Positions 1 to 11,183 of a stretch of 64,000 nucleotides of DNA are shown here, piece by piece. The DNA is from Mobula hypostoma (taxonomy: Eukaryota), in NCBI RefSeq assembly GCF_963921235.1, contig NC_086097.1, positions 199,084,001 through 199,148,000 of the forward strand, written 5' to 3'. The notes below the pieces were generated by a model. The model was not told the origin of the DNA. It saw only the letters and a list, made by a program, of their open reading frames with translations, and did no database searches. Position 1 is the stretch's first letter. Each line of letters starts with the position of its first letter. A program made the position numbers and the translations under genes.

Positions 1-214
1 AAAAAACATAACACCCTTCACACATGAACGGGAGTGTGCCTTTCCCAGTGTGCAATGAAACTGCATTTGATGTCTTTGCTGCACCCATTCCTGGACTCCT
101 CCATCTCAAATACACGTTAGTAATAGGAGGCTTAAACATAACATTCAATACAACTTTAAACGCGTCTTCATTTTCTTAATTCTAGCATTAAATCTCCATC
201 GCCGGTTTACCTTA

Positions 215-507
215 CCAGGGGTGATTGATAAGTTCGTGGCCTAAGGTAGAAGGAAATGAGTTATTAACCTCAAACTTTCCGCATTTTCACTCAGAGTTGA
301 AGTGCACGTGCATGTAACGAGAGCTGTATAACTCATCTCCCTCTACCTTAGGCCACGAACCTATCAATCACCCCTGCTGTGGACCACCTGGAGGTCCAAG
401 ACGCTCTCGTTACATGCACGTGCAGTTCAACTCTTTGAGTGATAATGCAGGAAGTTAATAATTCATCTGCTTCTACCTTAGGTCACGAACTTATCAATCA
501 CCCCTCC
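215..507. mobile_element. Mariner-type non-autonomous MITE in ADCY8 intron 2
   Basis: Terminal inverted repeats (c[c/g]aggggtgattgataagttcgtggcctaaggtagaagga ... ttctaccttaggtcacgaacttatcaatcacccctcc) flanked by TA at 213-214 and 508-509. A second family member lies at 36421-36906. Confidence 0.85.
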
Positions 508-565
508 TATGTTTTTAGTCCCTGACGTGATTTTTATCTTTAATCACACAAAGTTGGCTTCCCTG

Positions 566-760
566 AACACGAGAGAATCTGCAAATGCTGGAAATATATA
601 GCAGCACATGCAAAATGCTGGAGGAACTCGGCAAGGTCCAGCAGCATCTGTAGAAATGAGTAAACAGTCCACTTTTCGGGCTGAGACCCTGATGAAATCT
701 TGATGGAAGGTTGTTCACTCTTTTCCATAGGCCTGTCGAGTTCCTCCAGCATTTTGTGCG
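566..760. mobile_element. Degenerate palindromic mini-element derived from the PLE terminal repeat
   Basis: Left arm (aatctgcaaatgctggaaat...gctggaggaactc...ttcgggctgagaccct) and inverted right arm (gagttcctccagcattttgtg) match the terminal repeats at 9310-9410 and 63089-63223. The junction contains ctgatga. No clear TSD. Confidence 0.7.
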
Positions 761-1097
761 CTCCCAATACCCTAGTTTTCCTGTAAGATTTTAAATCTTC
801 TAGATTAAATCACGATCCTTCCATCGAACGGTCACATCTCAGTTTTGGCTTCTATGCCAATAAACATCAGCTGAATTTTCGCCACAATTTCCTCTTTCAT
901 CCTATGTGAAGAATAATTCTTTGGGACAATATTAACGTGCCTCCCGCTGCCAGGAATGTTCAAAGTTCAGAACTTATTGATATGGCGTGCTCAAATTATA
1001 AACAAGTATGAGTTCCCTCACAATTTAACAAGCAAAATTTTACAGATTACGTTACAGTTTTCAAACTGGTTCCATCTGTCTATGAATCTGCCCTTAC

Positions 1098-1247
1098 CTG
1101 TCGCTGGTTCTCCGTTTCCAGTCGAAGTCTCGCTTCAATACATCTTCTGGTTTCCAGGAACGCCTGGCGCTGCGCCCGGTCAGCCAGGTAACTGATAAAT
1201 ATTCCGGCCGTGTTCATACACATGAACAATACCGATTGGGCTATCAC
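1098..1247 (-). CDS. ADCY8: Adenylate cyclase type 8, coding exon 2 (50 aa, end of first TM cluster and following helix)
   Basis: Translates [50 protein letters not shown], recognisably AC8. Acceptor tttcAG at 1249-1248 and donor GTaagg at 1097; 150 bp, phase 0. The gene continues beyond the left window edge. Confidence 0.96.
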
Positions 1248-2975
1248 CTGAAAGGGGAAAGCCAACACTTCATTTTCCCTCCGGAACGATTCCACTTCTC
1301 TTCGGCGCCCGTCTAGCTTATTCAGGATAATAGCACCTCAAAATGACCAACCTGATCAATACTGTTGCTCACTTTAGAGACAACTATCGATTCCCATCTC
1401 TACTACAGTCACTTAACCTGCCGGAAATATATGTAAGTCAATATTTTAAAGAGAAACGGCGCGGCAATGTCTTAACGCTCAGGCGCCTCTTCAGAATAAT
1501 CAGATACTCAACATTTATCTTCTGAACTTGACTTATTAACCCCCCCCCCACACTAATTTATCACATAATTCGAATTCGTTTTCAAATAAGTTGTAATAAT
1601 GACATATAATAGTTTCATGCAAAAGTGCTGATATAGTAACGTATTTGATCATGTTTATTCCATTCCTATTGTAACGCAAGGAGTGATCTGTAGTTGATAG
1701 AGTTACAGTATCTATAAGGTACAATAGCAAGTTGTCAATGTTCATGGATTTACTGTGCTGGAATGAGGTCAGACCTGCCGTGCATTAATTACAAGCGCTT
1801 TTCTCTAAAACCCCCCACCACTGTAGAGGAATTACTGCGGAGCATAGCAGTTACCATGCCTTAAAAATCTTGGACCGGACAGCAGAGTCCATGTGTCGGA
1901 ACAATTTGTCGACACGTTTTAAATTTATTGGGTTATAAACAGCATGACTGGTTGGAAGGCAGTAAATTTCGATTATTTTAGGAGATTATAATTACAATCA
2001 GTGATAAGAATGTTCTTCACAGACGCTTCTGGTTTTCGGCATGTGTACGAACGTGCTTCAAGGAAACCAGTAATCTTGAAACCTGCGTTTAGCAGTAACT
2101 TTTATGTGTGTATCTTGAAATCTAAGCCTGGTCGCTAGAGGGAGCTTAGTCCCAAACAACCGCCGTTTCAGGCTAATACTTAGACCGTGCAATGGAGAAA
2201 GAAAAACCTAGGGAGAGAGGCGGCTGAGCGCTAGGTATTAGCTCCCAGTAGACCCTTATTCTATCCTTATTCAAACGATTATGCGGAAAGAAAAAAAATC
2301 TCCTTTTGACTGCAATGATTTTTATCAACAACATAGACTTGCTTATTGATTTAGGAACTTTGGGATATCAGAACCAATCATCTCGCCAACTTCCAGTCTA
2401 AAAGTGAGGTGGACTGCGCTACCGCAGTGCAATACTGCGCAAAATCAGCGATTAAATTTTTAAAAATTCTTATTATATTGGTTATGAACATGTGCACGAG
2501 GCACTGCCATTGGAACGGTAGGTTGCTAAAGGCATTTTGCCGTAATTTGCAGGCACGTTTTTAACCTGTCAGAGCTAAAAGAAATGCCCCATGGTGACCC
2601 GAAGATGAATCTTCGTAATGTCCAGCCGCCCGTTCACTACCACATCAACATTTAACACGCACAGCTACATTGGTCAGTATTGGTGTGAAGCAAAGATGAA
2701 GACAAAAGCTGCTGACGGTATGCGTGGAAAGACTGTGGATCTAAAGGCAGTTCCAGTTACTTTCAGGTACAGCTGGGTAAACACCTCACTTTACAAACAA
2801 AACCATGGCAAAATGGCAGTGTGGATTGATGGGGTAAGCGGCACTAAATGGAACATGCTTGTATTTATTCTACAGAGAAATTACAGATCGTTCTGTTCAA
2901 TTGTTCCGTACGAAGTGTGGTGCCGCATTGTATGAGTTGGTTCGTGTGCTGCCTGGAAAAGATCTACGAGGCTAC

Positions 2976-3833
2976 CTGGTTGGTGGTTGGGGCTGCCGCT
3001 CGGGGAATGAGTAATTGTACCACAACGTGGAGGACGGAAGTCAGGAAGCCGGCCAGGATCGCCCAGATCAAAGGGAGAGGAAGCATACTATAAGTGGCAA
3101 AAAGCGTAAAAAGCACGTAACCGATGCCATCTCCCAAGAGTCCGTGGCCGAGGCCAGTGGCCAGAATCTGAGTAGCCATGACAACCCAGGTCACCAAGCC
3201 GCTGTACTGCAGGTAACTGTGCGAAGATGTGTCTTTTTTCACCACCACTAAGGCACAGATGACCACTTCGATGCCGGTGAACAGCGCCAGCAGGATGCCT
3301 TTGACTAGGTCCATGGGAGTGGAGGCCAAGGTCAGGTGCAGGATCAGGACGGTCAGCTTGGTCAGGACGTCCAGGATGTTCATCACCACCACCGATTTAC
3401 GCCTCTGACCCAGGAAGTAGCGCTGGTAGAGTCGCTCTAAATCCCGGGACTTGAAGGAGTTCTTCAGAGTTGGAAAGATCACTCCCCGGTAGGTGTAGCC
3501 CCAGTTGAGAAAGAAATCGGAATTACTGGGAGCGCAGTCAAGATGCAGGAAGCCCAGGTCGTTACTGGTGCGCTCAGGGAACACCTTGGTGCTCCCGTTG
3601 TTGTGCCCGCTGATAGACGTCTTGCCAGCAGATTGCTTCCTCCTGTTGGGACTCCACGAGTCTTCCGAGGATGAGATGGTTTTGGCGCTGGCTTGCTCGT
3701 TCATGAACCTCTGCTCGGTGATGTGCCGAACAGCATTTTGCCAAAGTAGTCTTTTAGGTCTAGTGCCTGGTGTCTTGTTAATTGTATAGAGTTCATCGGT
3801 GGCGCTGGAACACCTAACCTCCGACAATTCCAT
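2976..3833 (-). CDS. ADCY8: Adenylate cyclase type 8, coding exon 1 (286 aa: N-terminus with calmodulin-binding helix and first TM helices)
   Basis: MELSEVRC...[16 protein letters not shown]...[19 protein letters not shown]...[21 protein letters not shown] matches vertebrate AC8. ATG in strong context (aaatcATGG); donor CAG|GTagcc at 2975; phase 0 joins exon 2. Confidence 0.97.
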
Positions 3834-5100
3834 GATTTCCTTCTTAGTAACAACGCGCTATAAAATTACCTCGAGCGTCCTTTCATCTTCCATATTTAGC
3901 CAAGAATACTTTGCAACAGAGATTAGCCAGCAGTCAACGCTTGCACGCCTGCTTCCAAAGAACATACTCACGATAGCCGCTTTCCTTGTGTCTAACTATC
4001 GCGTCCTTCTGCCTGGAGCCCAGACATCTCTAACTCGGGTGGGATGGGGAGTTTTACTTCTCGGTTCTCGCTTCCGTTTGACTGCGGATTATCAGAGAAA
4101 CTGAATTCCCATCAGGAGCAAATAAAACCCCAAAGCGACAGGCATTCCACTAAGTCAACACGGCGATAAAAGTGCCCAAGATCAAGGAGTTTTCTGTTAG
4201 CGAGAGGGAGGGGAACCATGGAGCCGAGCCGCCGCTCCAGTGCGCAACCGGACTGACAACAGAGAACGAGCTCAGGCAGCCGAGCGGACCGTGTGAGTCT
4301 TACTGCTGGCATCAGTTTTGCTGCTGCTGTCGGTGCCGGTTATAGAATGGATTAAATCGCGAACACAGGCTGACAGAGAAACGCTGGGATGGAAGTAGCG
4401 GGGGGGCGGGGGAGGTTGTGGTGGTGATGACGTCAAATGCTCTCAGCAAATGTGCAACGGGGTGGGGGTGGTGGAAATAGGTGAAGCGAGAGAAAGAGAG
4501 AGAGAGGAGGAAATGTGGATTCTGAGTCGAAAACGTTAAACATATATATCAGCGGCAACAAATAGACAGACAAATGCAACTGAAACAACGATGAATGCAA
4601 TGACAAGCAGTGAAACCCAGTTCCCCAAAGAGGGACGGCGGGAGAACCAGCTTGGGGCTAAAGTGACAATGGACTGGAAGTTAGAATGTGGTTGGAAGAA
4701 AGACAGGCACATGTAAAGTTTGAATTTAAATCGCGTCGCCAATAAGCAGGATTAACGTTAGATATGGGTTGTGGCGCAGGGGAAATAAGCGGGACAGGTA
4801 ATGGAGGTGGACGAGAGCGTCAGGGTAACACAGATCAGAGGGAGAGATCCGAGGAAGGCGGAAGATTCCAGCAAGGAGAGAGTTCCAAATTGCGTCGGAG
4901 GTAAGTGATAAAGAAAGGGTTAACTGGAAGAAGGGAACAGAGCTGAGGTGTTGAATAAGAAAGCGGAGAGAGGCCAAGTGAGCAAAATGGGATTGTGAAG
5001 TCAAGTGTCATCTCCAGCAGTCCGAGACGACGCAACGTTGAAAGTCGCTGAAATCAGAGAGAATCATGTTTTAGAGAGGGCATGAAAAAGGACATTAGAA
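3834..5100 (-). promoter_or_regulatory. ADCY8 5' UTR/promoter, CpG-rich region
   Basis: High CpG density directly upstream of the ATG compared with the CpG-depleted rest of the window. Contains a GC box (ggggcgggg, ~4402-4411) and a possible TATAA on the minus strand (4344-4340). The TSS cannot be determined from sequence. Confidence 0.7.
4428..4435. promoter_or_regulatory. cAMP response element (TGACGTCA)
   Basis: Perfect palindromic CRE ~600 bp upstream of the ATG, next to a GC box. A CRE is an established feature of the mammalian Adcy8 promoter. Confidence 0.8.
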
Positions 5101-6469
5101 TTATATACTTAATAAACAATGTGCATTGGTCGTGCATCTGTTTACTGATATGAGCAATACCCACACATTTGTGTTTAAAATTTCAGGCATGTATGTGTAT
5201 ATTTATGTTAACTAAATAGGTAGTTTGTTATAAAATGCATGCGCGTGCGTAATGCCATGTCGTACTAAGCATTTTATCTACTTGTGCATACACTGCAGAG
5301 TTATACAGTGCACTTATGCTTTCATGATATATAAGCATCTTAAACACATTGCATTTTGTTTGAACACATTTTAAACACACATAATGAGAAAAAAGTTCCC
5401 AGTTGTACAGTATTGCGAGCATCAGTACAAACATAGATCTTCAGCGGTTACGGTTCGTGCGTTTGCTTATCCACTGTTCGTATTAACATGATTGCATTTA
5501 TGCATCTTGTATAGTTCACGCAGTCTTTACATTGTGCAGACCATCACGTACTTGAGTCCTCGGGTTCAAACAAACACCCAAACGCCAGTGGCTACATCTA
5601 TTGGTACTTACAACTTGTTTTTCTTCTTTATGGTATGAGGTTGGCAGTCTCATGCAATGGGGACAAATTATGGGTAACAAGATCGTTGCATTAACGGGGG
5701 GAAAAAGCTGCCTTGAATACTTCACAAAAAAAAACGCCAGTGTACGAGAGAATTGAAGTCGTCGTGTGAAAATTGGAAAGTTATAATCAACGGTATTTTC
5801 CAGACACCGAAAATCTGATCGTTCGTCAATCTTTCTAGGGTCAGTGGTTCGACAACTGACACACACACACCGAACATTTTCTAAAGCAGCACAGTAGCAA
5901 AGGTTTCAATAAGATGCCTGCAGTTTGAGGCCAATTACTTCATCCGAAGAAGCTCAATCAGAAGCAGACCCCAACGCAGTCAAGGGTGATGAAGCCAGTT
6001 TATTCTTTAACTTCCAAAGATGACGCGTTTTCTTGATAAAATTTCGGCAAATACATTTTAACAAAGGATAGCAGTTTGTAGTTTAAAATATAAGTTGACG
6101 GCGAGATGTCATCTAAGAACTAAGTATTGATACTTTGTTTCCAAAGAGCAGATTAGCTGACTTTGAGCTCAGCATCAAACTCAGTTTGTACGTCTACGAT
6201 ATGAGCAGTAATTTGAATCCATAACATGGCGCGCTAATAGTATGTGAAGTCAAATCTTCGAACGATATCTTCACCCTGGGTGGTAGGTAACAAATGGTAT
6301 AATTAAGCAAGAATAAAAAATCATTTACTAATGGTTCACATCTAAATGAAAGCAGGTTACAACCAACAGACTACGTTTGAAATACAGTATACTTGCCGTT
6401 GCACATGAAAGTATTACATCAATAAATTTTCCAGTAGTCGAGTCGGACAAACATCAACGTGATAATTAG

Positions 6470-6968
6470 ATAATTAAAACAGGCCTTTCAGCCCAACTAA
6501 TATTTCGACTTAAGCTAGTGCAATTTGCCTGCACTTGGCTCATTCCTACCTCTCTACCTGCCCAAACGCCTTCCGGGTATTGTAATTGAACCAGTCTCTG
6601 CCACCGCTTCTGACAGCTCGTTCTATGTAAACACCACTCTGTATTGTGTGTGAAAATTTGTCTTAAGTCTTATTTAAATCTTTAATGCTTCTAGTCTTAG
6701 ACTCCCTAACTCTGGGAAAAGCAAAAAAAATGTCTATGTGACAGTCTACCCTATCTATCCTCCTGGTGACTTTGTGAGCTCTCCCCTCAGCTTCCCCCAA
6801 TCCAGGCAAAACAACCCCTGCCATTGTCTCCTTATCATTCAATGTATACAGTCCGGGCAATATCCCTGTGAATTTTGCAGCATTTTCAAATCGATGACAT
6901 CTTTTTAATACCATTCACTGTGTTTGTCCTGTCCTGCTTTGACTTCCAAAAACGCATTACTTTGCACT
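6470..6968 (-). mobile_element. Old CR1-type LINE 3' fragment
   Basis: aaacaggcctttcagccc 3' motif and degenerate ORF2 C-terminal sequence (…RIDRVDCH…FPRVRESKTR). Confidence 0.65.
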
Positions 6969-6970
6969 TG

Positions 6971-8712
6971 CAAACAAAAGAAAATCTGCAGATGCTGGAA
7001 ATCCAAGCAACACGCACAAAATGCTAGAGGAACTCAGCAGGCCAGGCAGCATCTATGGAAAAGAGAACAGTCGACATTTCAGTGCGAGATCCTTCAGCAG
7101 GACTGGACAAAGAAAATGAGGAGTCAGAGTAAAAAGGTGGGAGGAGGGGAGGAAGAAACGGAAGGATATATGTAAAACCGGTGGGGGGGGGGCTGGAGGT
7201 TGAGGGTGAAGTAACGAGCTGGGAAGTTGATTGGTGAAAGAGGTACAGGGCTGGAGAAAGGGAAATCTGATAGAAACATAGAAACATAGAAACATAGAAA
7301 ATAGGTGCAGGAGTAGGCCATTCGGCCCTTCGAGCCTGCACCGCCATTTATTATGATCATGGCTGATCATCCAACTCAGAACCCAGCCTTCCCTCCATAC
7401 CCCCTGACCCCTGTAGCCACAAGGGCCATATCTAACTTCCTTTTAAACATAGCTAATGAACTGGCCTCAACAGTTTGCTGTGGCAGAGAATTCCACAGAT
7501 TCACCACTCTCTGTGTGAAGAAGTTTTTCCTAACCTCGGTCCTAAAAGGCTTCCCCTCTATCCTCAAACTGTGACCCCTCGTTCTAGACCTCCCCAACAT
7601 CGGGAACAATCTTCCTGCATCTAGCCTGTCCAATCCCTTTAGGATCTTATACGTTTCAATCAGATCCCCCCTCAATCTTCTAAATTCCAACGAGTACAAG
7701 CCCAGTTCATCCAGTCTTTCTTCATATGAAAGACCTGCCATCCCAGGAATCAATCTGGTGAACCTTCTTTGTACTCCCTCTATGGCAAAGATGTCTTTCC
7801 TCAGATTAGGGGACCAAAACTGCACACAATACTCCAGGTGTGGTCTCACCAAGGCCTTGTACAACTGCAGTAGTACCTCCCTGCTCCTGTACTCGAATCC
7901 TCTCGCTATAAATGCCAGCATACCGTTCGCCTTTTTCACCGCCTGCTGTACCTGCATGCCCACTTTCAATGACTGGTGTATAATGACACCCAGGTCTCGT
8001 TGCACCTCCCCTTTTCCTAATCGGCCACCATTCAGATAATAATCTGTTTTCCTATTTTTGCCACCAAAGTGGATAACTTCACATTTATCCACATTAAATC
8101 CACACGGCTTTCTGAGAGGCGGGAAAACTGGCAGAGAACATAAAAACGGACTGTAAAAGCTTTTATAGATATGTAAAAAGGAAAAGACTGATAAAGACAA
8201 ATGTAGGTCCCCTGCAAACAGAAACAGGTGAATTGATTATGGGGAGCAAGGACATGGCAGACCAATTGAATAATTACTTTGGTTCTGTCTTCACTAAGGA
8301 GGACATAAATACGACCTTCGGAGAGGACAGAAGGCCATGCAAGAAATGGAAGGGGAGGGGAAGGTGATGGGCAGGTAGGGAGATAAGGTGAGAGAGGGGA
8401 AGGGGAATGGGGAATGGGGAATGGTAAAGGGTGGGGAGCATTACCGGAAATTTGAGAAATTGATGTTTATACATTCAGGTTGGAGTCTACTCAGACAATA
8501 TAAGGTGTTGTTCCTCCAACCTGAGTGTGGCCTCATTGCAACAGTAGAGGAGACCATGGACTAACATGTAGGAACGGGAATAGGAAGTGGAATTAAAATA
8601 GGTGACCACTGGGAGATGCTGCTTTTTCTGGTGGATGGAGGGTAGGTGCTTGGTGAAGCAGTCTCCCAACGTATGTCGGGTCTCACCAATATACACGAAG
8701 CCGCACCAGGAA
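6971..8712 (-). mobile_element. Penelope-like element fragment (terminal repeat plus GIY-YIG), split by a CR1 insertion at ~7274-8320
   Basis: Terminal repeat with hammerhead motif at 7068-7105. The sequence resumes at gagaggacagaaggccatg (~8321). ORF 8487-8696 (YIGETRHTLGDCFTKH...LRLEEQHLI) is the endonuclease C-terminus. Confidence 0.85.
7274..8320 (-). mobile_element. Young 5'-truncated CR1 LINE with inverted 5' segment
   Basis: (gaaacata)n tail. Open ORF2 C-terminus 7376-~8100 (FNVDKC...YKALVRPHLEYCVQFWSP...RGH...FFTQRVVNLWNSLP). ~8105-8310 is upstream ORF2 sequence on the + strand (KLAENIKTDCKSFYRYVKRK...LNNYFGSVFTKED). Confidence 0.92.
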
Positions 8713-8843
8713 CACCTTCATCTGATCCTATTGTGGATAATTTTCTCCATTTTCCATACTACCACAAATTTGGTGTCATGACCCAACTTGCTGATGATTC
8801 CCCTACATTCTCACCTAAATTATTAACTGGTATGACAAGCAGC

Positions 8844-9063
8844 TTGCTGGCTGGTGGCGTAGTGGCATCAGTGCTGGACTTCGAAGCGAAGGCTCCTGAG
8901 TTCGAATCCATCTGGCTCCCTTGCACTGTTTCCATCCATGCTGGGTTGATCGTCGAGCAAGCAACTCGGCCTCGTAAGAATAAGAAAGCCTGCTAAAAAA
9001 TGCAGTCATGACAGCATCCCGATGACTCCACTCAGAGTTAAGGGCTTTCTTCTTCTTCTTCTT
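8844..9063 (+). mobile_element. tRNA-derived SINE with (TTC)n tail
   Basis: A box tggcgtagtgg, B box gagttcgaatcc, (ttc)n tail; 8-bp TSD caagcagc at 8836-8843 and 9064-9071. Confidence 0.85.
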
Positions 9064-9309
9064 CAAGCAGCGGGATATGTAATACCAATTCCTGTGGAAT
9101 GCCACCGGATGCAAGCCTCCAATTAAAAAAAAAACCTGCACCTCTATCTTCTGTCTCCTTCCACCAAAACAAACTTGTTTCCAATTGGTTCATTCATCCT
9201 AGATCCCATGTGATCTGACTTTCCATATGATGTGGGTCCTGATCAAAGTTCTTGCTAAAGTCCATGTGAATGACATCTAGCACCCAGCCCTCATCAGTCA
9301 TCTTGATCA

Positions 9310-10656
9310 ACACACATCAAAGTTGCCGGTGAACGCAGCAGGCCAGGCAGCATCTGTAGGAAGAGGTGCAGTCGACATTTCAGGCTGAGACCCTTTGTCA
9401 GGACTAACTGAAGGAAGAGTGAGTAAGGGATTTGAAAGTGGGAGGGGGAGGGGGAGATCCAAAATGATAGGAGAAGACAGGAGGGGGAGGGATAGAGCCA
9501 AGAGCTGGACAGGTGATAGGCAAAAGGGGATACGAGAGGATCATGGGACAGGAGGTCCGGGAAGAAAGACAAGGGGGGGGGGGACCCAGAGGATCGGCAA
9601 GAGGTATATTCAGAGGGACAGAGAGAGAAAAAGGAGAGTGAGAGAAAGAATGTGTGCATAAAAATAAGTAACAGATGGGGTACGAGGCGGAGGTGGGGCC
9701 TTAGCGGAAGTTAGAGAAGTCGATGTTCATGCCATCAGGTTGGAGGCTACCCAGACGGAATATAAGGTGTTGTTCCTCCAACCTGAGTGTGGCTTCATCT
9801 TTACAGTAGAGGAGGCCGTGGATAGACATATCAGAATGGGAATAGGATGTGGAATTAAAATGTGTGGCCACTGGGAGATCCTGCTTTCTCTGGCGGACAG
9901 AGCGTAGATGTTCAGCAAAGCGGTCTCCCAGTCTGTGTCGGGTCTCGCCAATATATAAAAGGCCACATCGGGAGCACCGGACGCAGTATATCACCCCAGT
10001 CAACTCACAGGTGAAGTGTTGCCTCACCTGGAAGGACTGTTTGGGGCCCTGAATGGTGGTAAGGGAGGAAGTGTAAGGGCATGTGTAGCATTTGTTCCGC
10101 TTACACGGATAAGTGCCAGGAGGGAGATCAGTGGGGAGGGATGGGGGGGACGAATGGACAAGGGAGTTGCGTAGGGAGTGATCCCTGTGGAATGCAGAAA
10201 GAGGGGGGGAGGGAAAGATGTACTTAGTGGTGGGATCCCGTTGGAGGTGGCGGAAGTTATGGAGAATAATATGTTGGACCCGGAGGCTGGTGGGGTGGTA
10301 GGTGAGGACCAGGGGAACCCTATTCCTAGTGGGGTGGCAGAAGGATGGAGTGAGAGCAGATGTACGTGAAATGGGGAGATGCGTTTAAGAGCAGAGTTGA
10401 TAGTGGAGGAAGGGAAGCCCCTTTCTTTAAAAAAGGAAGACATCTCCCTCGTCCTAGAATGAAAAGCCTCATCCTGAGAGCAGATGCGGCGGAGACGGAG
10501 GAATTGCGAGAAGGGGATGGCGTTTTTGCAAGAGACAGGCTGAAACGTCGACTGCACCTCTTCCTACAGATGCTGCCTGGCCTGCTGCGTTCACCAGCAA
10601 CTTTGATGTGTGTTGCTTGAATTTCCAGCATCTGCAGAATTCCTGTTTGCATTTAA
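9310..10656 (-). mobile_element. Penelope-like element (Neptune-type), truncated, with inverted terminal repeat and 14-bp TSD
   Basis: ORF 9701-10027 is a GIY-YIG endonuclease with CxxC (GVIYCVRCSRCGLLYIGET). RT thumb SQFLRLRRICS at ~10390-10535. The + strand terminal repeat is at 10539-10656. TSD agtcatcttgatca at 9296-9309 and 10657-10670. Confidence 0.93.
9370..9405 (-). ncRNA. Minimal type I hammerhead ribozyme motif (mutated core)
   Basis: Reverse complement reads AGTC-CTGACAA-AGGGTCTCAGCCT-GAAA-TG-TC-GACT: stem I AGTC/GACT, stem II, and a core with CpG-type substitutions. Confidence 0.7.
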
Positions 10657-11183
10657 AGTCATCTTGATCACCTTCTCAAAGCACACATACAAATTTGTGA
10701 GGTGTAAGCTTCCATGTAGAAAGGTAGGTTACATCAATCTGATTTGAGTTTCTTGTGTTTGTAAGATTAAAGAAAACTGTAAAATCTATCATTTGACAAA
10801 AAGCTGAATTGGGTAGATGCAAGCTTCAAGAAAAATCTGGAACTTGTTCTCCAAATGATGGGATATTAAGTCACTTGAAACTTTCAGGATTAAAACAAGT
10901 AAGTCTTTCTGGGTGACCATGTCAAATGCAGGTAAAGATGACAAGATACAGATCAGTTGTAACCTAATTGCATGGTAGAAAGTTCAAGAGGCTTGACCAT
11001 ACCAGATCTGTTAGATAAGGAGCCTAATAAAAATTTGACTGTCTGCAATAAGTCAGCCTAAATTGTCAACTTTAAAGAGGAATGACCTATGCCCCTCTTC
11101 CTACTGCCTCTGTGAATTTATGTGATGGCTCAGTTAGGACAGTTTCAAGTCTAATCAGCAGTGTTGGTTGATTAATTGTCCTG

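Noticed and set aside
3015..4104. Plus-strand ORFs opposite ADCY8 exon 1
   Set aside because: Antisense shadows of GC-rich coding and UTR sequence with no recognisable protein features.
8846..8912. tRNA gene
   Set aside because: A and B boxes are present, but the acceptor and anticodon stems do not pair. It has a tail and TSD, so it is a SINE head.
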